Shown: positions 57,774 through 64,000 of the stretch, one piece after another
Position numbering within the stretch: the stretch's first letter is position 1
How the letters are laid out: each line of letters begins with the position of its first letter
NCBI GenBank assembly: GCA_030681595.1
Contig: JAUXSB010000008.1
Coordinates: 25,587 to 89,586 of the forward strand
From: Candidatus Omnitrophota bacterium
GTDB lineage: Bacteria; Omnitrophota; Gorgyraeia; Ghiorseimicrobiales; Ghiorseimicrobiaceae
Direction: 5' to 3'
Length of the DNA: 64,000 nucleotides
Notes under the pieces: model-generated
The model's input: only the letters and a program-made list of their open reading frames with translations
Told to the model about the DNA's origin: nothing
Database searches by the model: none
Made by a program: the position numbers and the translations under genes

Positions 57774-58286
57774 ATGAAAAAAATAATAATTGCAAGTTTA
57801 ATAGCGGTGTTATTAGGGGTGTTTTCAGGAAGTGATTTGTTTGCTGCGGATAAATTTGGCTATGTAAATTTAGGCAGAATTTTTGATGAATATAATAAAA
57901 CAAAAGATTACGATAAGATTTTAGAAAAAAAGCAAAAAGATTTTGAAACTGAGCGTGAAACAAAAATTAATGAAATAAAAAGCCTGCAGGATAAGCTGAG
58001 TTTGGTAGATGAAAAGCAAAAGGCGGCCAAAAAAACCGAATTAGAAGAAAAAGTAAAAGCTTTTCAGGATTACGAGCGTAAAAAGGTGGAAGCCTTAAAA
58101 AAAGAAAGGGATGAAATCCTTAAGGAGGTATTAAAAGACATAGAAAAAGCCGTGCATCAGCAGGCGGAATCCGAAAGCTATACTTTGGTATTTAACGATA
58201 GGGTTTTGGTTTATCAGACAAAAGATGGCGATTTGACCGATAAGGTTATAGCGATAGTGAATAAAAATTATCAGCCGGCAAAATAA
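57774..58286 (+). CDS. skp: periplasmic chaperone Skp (OmpH)
   Basis: Signal peptide plus a coiled-coil OmpH domain. Position between bamA and lpxD is canonical. Confidence 0.8.
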   Translation: MKKIIIASLIAVLLGVFSGSDLFAADKFGYVNLGRIFDEYNKTKDYDKILEKKQKDFETERETKINEIKSLQDKLSLVDEKQKAAKKTELEEKVKAFQDYERKKVEALKKERDEILKEVLKDIEKAVHQQAESESYTLVFNDRVLVYQTKDGDLTDKVIAIVNKNYQPAK

Positions 58287-58294
58287 ACAAAAAT

Positions 58295-59344
58295 ATGGAG
58301 CAGTTTAGGAAAACATTAACGGAAATAGCTAAAATTATTGACGGACAGGTTATCGGTAACAAGGATACTATTATTACGGGTATCTGCGGTATAAAAGAAG
58401 CAAAAAAAGGCGATTTGACTTTCGTGGCAAATCCTAAGTACTTGCCTTTGATTAAGCATACGCATGCCTCGGCTATTATTACTTCAAAAGAAATAGATTC
58501 GCTTTCTATGCCGATTATTCGGACCGAAAATCCATCGTTAGCGTTTGCTAAAATGGTATCCTTGTTGTCTCCTAATCATGTAATGCACCCTTCGGGCATA
58601 CATTCTACGGTTATCTTGGGTAAAAATGTAAAATTAGGCAAAGGTGTCGCTGTCGGCCCTTATGTGGTAATAGAGGATAATGTTGAAATAAGAGACAATA
58701 CGATTATATATTCCGGCTGCTATATTGGGCATCATTCGCTAGTCGGTAAAGATACCCTTATTTATCCTAATGTATCTATACGCGAGAGGATAGTTATCGG
58801 TAACCATGTAATAATTCATAGCGGTACAGTTATTGGATCTGATGGTTTTGGTTTTGCGACTGTTAGAGGTATGCATGAAAAAATACCCCAGATAGGCATA
58901 GTAGTAATTGAGGATAATGTTGAAATAGGCGCTAATGTTACAATTGACAGGGCGCGTTTTGATAAAACAATTATAGGTAAGGGTACTAAGATAGATAATC
59001 TAGTGCAGATTGCCCATAATGTGGTAGTTGGCGAGAATTCTATTATCGTAGCTCAAGCAGGAATTTCAGGCAGTACTGCTATAGGAAACGGCGTTATTCT
59101 GGCAGGGCAATCCGGTATAGTCGGCCATGTTACTATCGGCGATGGCGCGGTAGTTGCGGCTCAGGCAGGGGTGACAAAATCAGTGCCGGCAAACACAAAA
59201 GTTTCAGGTTATCCTGCCAAGCCTCACAATATCGCCAAGCGTGTAAACGCGTGTGTGCAAAATTTGCCGAATCTCCTTAAGACAGTTAATGAACTAAAAC
59301 AAAGAATTGCTAGTTTAGAAGCCCGTCAGAATGGAGCCGGGTAG
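58295..59344 (+). CDS. lpxD: UDP-3-O-acylglucosamine N-acyltransferase
   Basis: Left-handed beta-helix hexapeptide repeats. It lies in the lpx cluster. Confidence 0.9.
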   Translation: MEQFRKTLTEIAKIIDGQVIGNKDTIITGICGIKEAKKGDLTFVANPKYLPLIKHTHASAIITSKEIDSLSMPIIRTENPSLAFAKMVSLLSPNHVMHPSGIHSTVILGKNVKLGKGVAVGPYVVIEDNVEIRDNTIIYSGCYIGHHSLVGKDTLIYPNVSIRERIVIGNHVIIHSGTVIGSDGFGFATVRGMHEKIPQIGIVVIEDNVEIGANVTIDRARFDKTIIGKGTKIDNLVQIAHNVVVGENSIIVAQAGISGSTAIGNGVILAGQSGIVGHVTIGDGAVVAAQAGVTKSVPANTKVSGYPAKPHNIAKRVNACVQNLPNLLKTVNELKQRIASLEARQNGAG

Positions 59345-59433
59345 GCCCGCCTGACTCCCGCCCGACCGAACGTCGTTCGGGCGCGGTCATTCGGGCAGGC
59401 CCCGTCAAAATGAGGCTGGGCAGGGAGAGCTGA

Positions 59434-60756
59434 ATGTCAGAAAGTCAACAGACGATAAAAAAAGAAGTAAGCATTAAAGGCGTAGGCCTGCATACCGGAA
59501 ATAAGGTTAATATTAAGTTTAAGCCCGCGTCGATGAATCTGGGGATAAATTTTGTCAGGATCGATTTGCCTGATAAGCCGGTGATAAAGGCAGATCTTAC
59601 TAATCTTTTGGATTATAATAGAAGCCCGCGGCGCAGCTCGATAGGGGTTGGTAATGCCGAAGTGCATACAATAGAGCATATCATGGCGGTATTCGCCGGG
59701 CTATCTATCGATAATATTTTTGTAGAAATTGATAATAATGAAGTGCCGGGACTAGACGGAAGCGGGGCAACATTTTTAGATATCTTAAGCGAGGCCGGCT
59801 TAGAAGAACAGAATGCCGCGCGCAAATATTTCCTGATTAAGGAGCCTGTATGGGCGGAAGAAGAAGGCGCTTCGTTAGTGATAGTGCCGGCGTTAGATTA
59901 CCGCATATCCTATACTTTAAGCTATAACCATTGTTTACTAGGCGACCAATATTTTGATGCCGTAGTTAATCCCGATACTTTTAAGTCAAGCATTGCTTCG
60001 GCTAGGACATTTTGCCTGGAAGAGGAATCTGAAATGCTCCGCGCGCAAGGCTTAGGCCGGGGTGCAAATTACGACAATACGTTAGTAGTCGGTAAGAAAG
60101 GAATAATTAAAAACCGCCTGCGTTTTGATGACGAATTTGTCAGGCATAAAGTGCTGGATTTAATCGGCGATTTATATTTACTGGGTGTACCTATAAAAGG
60201 CCATGTGATTGCTTTAAAAAGCGGCCATCCCCTGAATATAAAGCTGCTTAAAAAAGTATATCAGCAGAAAGAAAGATATAATACTGCGGCAATAAAGGCT
60301 GTCAGCGAATTTAAGTATACTGAAGGTCAAATGTTGGATGCGGAAGCGATAATGCGTATCCTGCCGCATAGGTATCCATTTTTATTTGTGGACAGGGTAG
60401 TATCTTTGGTGCCGGGTAAAAGTGTAACGGGTTTAAAGAATGTAACCATAAACGATAATTTTTTTAACGGGCATTTTCCGGGAAGGCCGGTTATGCCCGG
60501 AGTATTAATCGTGGAAGCAATGGCGCAAATCGGCGGCGTGATGATGCTTGCTTCAGAAGACAATAAAGGTAAACTTGCCTATTTTCTTGCCGCTGATAAT
60601 GTCAGGTTTAGAAAGACAGTCCTGCCGGGAGATCAACTTGTTTTAGAGGCAGAGGCAATTAAGATAAAGTCTAGAACCGGCCAGGTTAGAGCAAAGGCCT
60701 TTGTAGGCGGCAAAGTAGTAGCTGAGGCAAATTTAATGTTTGCTTTGGTGGATTAG
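59434..60756 (+). CDS. lpxC: bifunctional UDP-3-O-acyl-GlcNAc deacetylase / 3-hydroxyacyl-ACP dehydratase (LpxC-FabZ fusion)
   Basis: An LpxC fold fills the first ~290 aa. The FabZ hotdog motif 'FFNGHFPGRPVMPGVLIVEAMAQ' lies in the C-terminal 150 aa. Confidence 0.85.
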   Translation: MSESQQTIKKEVSIKGVGLHTGNKVNIKFKPASMNLGINFVRIDLPDKPVIKADLTNLLDYNRSPRRSSIGVGNAEVHTIEHIMAVFAGLSIDNIFVEIDNNEVPGLDGSGATFLDILSEAGLEEQNAARKYFLIKEPVWAEEEGASLVIVPALDYRISYTLSYNHCLLGDQYFDAVVNPDTFKSSIASARTFCLEEESEMLRAQGLGRGANYDNTLVVGKKGIIKNRLRFDDEFVRHKVLDLIGDLYLLGVPIKGHVIALKSGHPLNIKLLKKVYQQKERYNTAAIKAVSEFKYTEGQMLDAEAIMRILPHRYPFLFVDRVVSLVPGKSVTGLKNVTINDNFFNGHFPGRPVMPGVLIVEAMAQIGGVMMLASEDNKGKLAYFLAADNVRFRKTVLPGDQLVLEAEAIKIKSRTGQVRAKAFVGGKVVAEANLMFALVD

Positions 60757-60777
60757 CCTTATTTTTTTTGCAATAGT

Positions 60778-61554
60778 ATGAATATACATCCTACCGCGAT
60801 AGTTTCCAAGAGAACCAATCTTCATGAATCGGTTAAAGTAGGCCCGTACAGCATTATTGAGGATAGTGTAAGCATCGGTAAGGATAGCCAGATAGGCGCG
60901 CATTGCCATATTTCGGGTAATACTGTGATTGGTGAAAGATGCAATGTTTTTACCGGCGCTGTTATTGGCAGCATCCCGCAGGACTTAAAATTTAAAGGCG
61001 AGAAAAGTTCTTTGATTATTGGTAACGATAATATTATCCGCGAATATACAACTATTAATTTAGGCACGGGCGATGGCGGCAAGACCGTTGTTGGTTCCGG
61101 TAACCTGATTATGGCCTATTCGCACGTTGCCCATGATTGCAATGTGGGGAGTGAATGCGTCATTGCAAATTGCGGCACATTAGCAGGGCATGTTACTGTT
61201 GAAGATATGGCTGTGATTGGCGGATTTGGAGCTATACATCAATTTTGCCGCGTAGGCAAGCTTTCTATCGTAGGCGGATGCTCCAAAGTAGTGCAGGATA
61301 TCCCGCCTTATTCGACCTGTGATGGCCATCCTGCCAGAGTATACGGTTTGAATTTGATAGGTTTAAAACGGGCAGGCTTAGACAGTAAAGTTCTTCTGGA
61401 GTTAAGGAGAGCTTTTAAAATCCTCTTTTTCTCCCGCCTTGTTACTTCGACCGCTATAGAAAAGGTCAAAGATGAAATCCCCGAGTCAAATTATCTCACC
61501 CACTTGATAGAATTTATTACCGGTTCCCAGAGGGGCGTCTGTAAAAATAAATAA
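60778..61554 (+). CDS. lpxA: acyl-ACP--UDP-N-acetylglucosamine O-acyltransferase
   Basis: Hexapeptide repeats followed by a C-terminal helical domain. Confidence 0.9.
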   Translation: MNIHPTAIVSKRTNLHESVKVGPYSIIEDSVSIGKDSQIGAHCHISGNTVIGERCNVFTGAVIGSIPQDLKFKGEKSSLIIGNDNIIREYTTINLGTGDGGKTVVGSGNLIMAYSHVAHDCNVGSECVIANCGTLAGHVTVEDMAVIGGFGAIHQFCRVGKLSIVGGCSKVVQDIPPYSTCDGHPARVYGLNLIGLKRAGLDSKVLLELRRAFKILFFSRLVTSTAIEKVKDEIPESNYLTHLIEFITGSQRGVCKNK

Positions 61555-61558
61555 TACG

Positions 61559-62362
61559 ATGGCAAAAATTGGTCTTATTGCTGGTTCAGGCAAGTTTCCT
61601 ATCTTATTTGCTCAGGAAGCAGGCAAGTTGGGCGTAGAAGTTACAGCTGTAGCCGTTAAGGGGGATACTTCATTCAAATTACGCCATTTTGTTAAAAAGA
61701 TAACCTGGCTTAACATTTCCGAATTTGAGAGGATTCCCGTAATTTTTAAAAATGATTCCGTGGATAAAGCAGTAATGGCAGGCCAGATTAATCCCCGGCG
61801 CCTGTTTAATAAAAATAATAAATTTGGGCCGGAACTGGACGGGTTGTTGGCCGGGATAAGCGATAAAAAAGCCGATACTATTTTCTTGGCAATCGCCGAT
61901 AAGTTAAAGGAAAAAGGCGTAGAATTGGTAAGTTCGCTGACTTTTCTTTCTGCGTATCTTCCGTCGAAGTCGGTGCTCACGAAACGAGAGCCTTCTAAGG
62001 AAGAGTGGCAGGATATATATTTCGGTTTGGATATGGCAAAAAAAATAGCGGGTTTGGATATTGGGCAGACTGTAGTAGTTAAGCAAAAAGCGGTATTAGC
62101 GGTAGAAGCCCTTGAGGGGACCGATGTAGCTCTTTTAAGAGGGGGATTTATCGGGCGCGGGAATGCTACGGCGGTTAAGGTAAGCAAGCCTAAGCAGGAT
62201 ATACGCTTTGATGTGCCGGTTGTAGGTATTAGGACAATCCGTACTTTAATTAAAGCAAGGATAAGTTGTTTGGCTATTGAGGCGGAAAAAACACTCTTCT
62301 TGGATAAGGTGGATTCATTGCGCCTTGCGGATAAAAAAGGCATAGCTATCGCGGTAGTTTGA
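61559..62362 (+). CDS. lpxI: UDP-2,3-diacylglucosamine hydrolase LpxI-like (DUF1009)
   Basis: N-terminus 'IGLIAGSGKFPILFAQEAGKLG', and it sits directly after lpxA. Confidence 0.65.
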   Translation: MAKIGLIAGSGKFPILFAQEAGKLGVEVTAVAVKGDTSFKLRHFVKKITWLNISEFERIPVIFKNDSVDKAVMAGQINPRRLFNKNNKFGPELDGLLAGISDKKADTIFLAIADKLKEKGVELVSSLTFLSAYLPSKSVLTKREPSKEEWQDIYFGLDMAKKIAGLDIGQTVVVKQKAVLAVEALEGTDVALLRGGFIGRGNATAVKVSKPKQDIRFDVPVVGIRTIRTLIKARISCLAIEAEKTLFLDKVDSLRLADKKGIAIAVV

Positions 62363-62559
62363 ACAGGCCCCCGTTTGTCCCTGCACAGGAAAGCATAAAA
62401 ATACTTTCCTGTCTCCGCCTGCTTTGCTACGCAAAGCAAAACGGCTGGGGCTGAAAATCGCCTATAGCCGGCGATAAAAGTCATCGCCGAAGGCAATTTT
62501 CTTGCAAAATAGTAATGGCTATATGGGGAAGAGCGGGGTTTGTGATAATTCGGAGGAAA

Positions 62560-63279
62560 ATGAAGTATATTTACGGTCCGGTACAGTCGCGCAGGCTGGG
62601 TTTTTCTTTAGGCATTTCTCTTACGCCTTATAAGGTGTGTAATTTTGATTGCATCTATTGCCAGCTAGGCCGCACTACGGTTAAAACATCGCTAAGAAAA
62701 GAATATGTGAATATAAAAGATGTATTGCGGGAGTTAAGGGAATTTATCTTAAACCCTGGCTCTGATAATTCGCGTATTGACTATATATCGCTTTCCGGGG
62801 CAGGGGAACCGCTACTTAATTCAGGAATCTCAAGTTTAATCCGCGGAATAAGAGCGATTACCGATATCCCCATCGCTTTAATTACTAATGCTTCCTTGCT
62901 TAAGAATAAAACTGTGAGGCAGGAAATATCGGGCGTGGATGTGATTTTGCCTTCTTTAGACGCAATAGATAAAGAGGCGTTTGAAATCATAGATCGTCCC
63001 GGGCCCAATCTTAAAATTGAAAATATTATTAATGGGCTTATCGAATTAAGGAAGGGGTTTAAGGGTAAGATTTATTTAGAAGTAATGATAATTGCCGGTG
63101 TAAATGATAAGCTGGATGTGTTTAGCCGTTTTAAACAGGTAATTTCCAAGATTAACCCTGATAAAATTCATCTTAATACGCCTAAGAGGCATACTTCAGA
63201 AAGAGGGGTTTTGGCACCGCCAGAGAAAATTCTTAATAAGATAAAAGAACTGCTGGGACCGAAATGTGAAATTATCTAA
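62560..63279 (+). CDS. radical SAM domain protein of unknown specific function
   Basis: 'CNFDCIYCQ' CxxxCxxC follows 'YGPVQSRRLGFSLGI'. Start taken at MKYIYGPV; the track ORF begins at 62515. Confidence 0.6.
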   Translation: MKYIYGPVQSRRLGFSLGISLTPYKVCNFDCIYCQLGRTTVKTSLRKEYVNIKDVLRELREFILNPGSDNSRIDYISLSGAGEPLLNSGISSLIRGIRAITDIPIALITNASLLKNKTVRQEISGVDVILPSLDAIDKEAFEIIDRPGPNLKIENIINGLIELRKGFKGKIYLEVMIIAGVNDKLDVFSRFKQVISKINPDKIHLNTPKRHTSERGVLAPPEKILNKIKELLGPKCEII

Positions 63280-63380
63280 TCCTACTAGGGATAGACCATC
63301 CTAAACCTTTACCCAGCAGGGTAGACTTTCTACTCCTTTGAAGGAAAGGTCTAAAAGGATGGGCCTAACATTTCTTAAAG

Positions 63381-63863
63381 ATGCGGTTGGTTACTAGAAG
63401 CGTAAGCGAAACAAAAGAATTAGGCGCAATGATTGCCCGGAGCCTTAAGCCTTCGGATATAGTTGCGCTTTTTGGAGAATTGGGTTCCGGCAAGACCGTA
63501 TTGGTTAAAGGCATCGCCGAAGCCTTAGGCATAAAATCAGACCGCGTAGTAAGCCCCACCTTTGTTTTAATCAGGGAATATAAAGCCAAGATACCGCTTT
63601 ATCACTTCGACCTCTATCGCCTTAAAAAAATTAATATTCAGTCCCTTGGTTTTGACGAATACTTTTATGGTAATGGAATAAGCGTAATCGAATGGGCCGA
63701 CCGCATAGAATGGCAATTGCCGAAAGGATCTTTAAGGATTAAAATTTCAATTATAGATAAAAATAAGCGCCTCTTCACTATAAAAAAACCTGCCCTTTCC
63801 GGTTTTAGCCGGTATCGGCGGAATAATCAGGCAGGGAATAAGTTAGGCGATGTGAAACAATAA
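63381..63863 (+). CDS. tsaE: tRNA threonylcarbamoyladenosine biosynthesis protein TsaE
   Basis: Motifs 'GELGSGKTVLVKG', 'SPTF' and 'HFDLYRL'. Confidence 0.8.
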   Translation: MRLVTRSVSETKELGAMIARSLKPSDIVALFGELGSGKTVLVKGIAEALGIKSDRVVSPTFVLIREYKAKIPLYHFDLYRLKKINIQSLGFDEYFYGNGISVIEWADRIEWQLPKGSLRIKISIIDKNKRLFTIKKPALSGFSRYRRNNQAGNKLGDVKQ

Positions 63864-63881
63864 TGAACACGGGGCATAATA

Positions 63882-64000
63882 GTGAAAATACTGGGCATTG
63901 ATACTTCCACAAGAATGTTAAGCCTTGCTTTAACGGATAAGGATAAAGTTATCTTTAGCTATAAGAAGGAAGCAGGTAGGAAACATTGCGTTGTTTTGCT
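63882..64000 (+). CDS. tsaB: tRNA threonylcarbamoyladenosine biosynthesis protein TsaB (N-terminal fragment, runs off window)
   Basis: GTG start; 'KILGIDTSTRMLSLAL' matches the TsaB/YeaZ N-terminus. Confidence 0.65.
   Translation, partial: MKILGIDTSTRMLSLALTDKDKVIFSYKKEAGRKHCVVL

Noticed and set aside
61612-62496. 294-aa minus-strand ORF
   Set aside because: It is entirely antisense to lpxI, which has clear family motifs and operon context. It has an Ala/Ser/Pro-rich composition typical of shadow ORFs.

Overview
This 64 kb window reads as chromosomal DNA from a low-GC, diderm bacterium, and most of it is housekeeping. The diderm call rests on bamA-skp-lpxD-lpxC/fabZ-lpxA-lpxI; an anaerobe-type four-subunit pyruvate:ferredoxin oxidoreductase operon (porGDAB) is also present. 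Named features, in order:
- 1..5260: an AT-richer accessory-looking segment with a GmrSD-like DUF262/DUF1524 type IV restriction gene, a GC-rich structured element flanked by direct repeats, a 35-aa membrane peptide, OsmC, an orphan CpaF/TadA-family secretion ATPase and a lipoprotein.
- 5263..5966: tRNA-Arg(ACG), tadA, tRNA-Ser(GCT).
- 6941..10453: dnaX, recR, a cold-shock protein and an inositol monophosphatase.
- 10616..23703: a purine biosynthesis cluster (purB, a PurS-PurS-PurL fusion, purQ, purF, purM, purD, purE) interrupted by two SPFH genes, a LOG-family gene and a hypothetical.
- 23706..26567: a tsaC/LMW-phosphatase fusion, rpiB and glyA, in Bacillus ywlC-ywlE-ywlF-glyA order.
- 26573..37132: dCMP deaminase, nrdR, a DUF151 nuclease, cca, a Macro-Nudix fusion, a lysine-rich histone-like protein, ttcA, rmuC, pgeF, cutA, ccdA and a thioredoxin-like protein, among others.
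- 37443..40899: porGDAB, an orphan receiver domain and a small ferredoxin.
- 40902..47398: a PpiD-like chaperone, hisG, an unannotated 33-aa bS22-like peptide, a TPR protein, a split transketolase and ispE.
- 47623..55118: spoVG, tRNA-Gln, glmU, prs, rplY, pth, rpsF, ssb, rpsR, rplI, dnaB (again Bacillus-like order).
- 55213..64000: bamA, skp, lpxD, lpxC-fabZ, lpxA, lpxI, a radical-SAM protein, tsaE and the start of tsaB.
Three tRNAs and no rRNA, CRISPR array, transposase or integrase were seen.
The most unusual signal is a set of short repeats:
- In-frame tandem heptanucleotide repeats are inserted into purL, purQ, purM and purD.
- A MITE-like family with 'ccccgttagag' inverted termini has three intergenic copies, and its internal core also sits inside purL.
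- A second short repeat family occurs at two loci, and a ~190 bp imperfect palindromic element lies elsewhere.
All calls come from reading the sequence and from motif knowledge; no searches were run.
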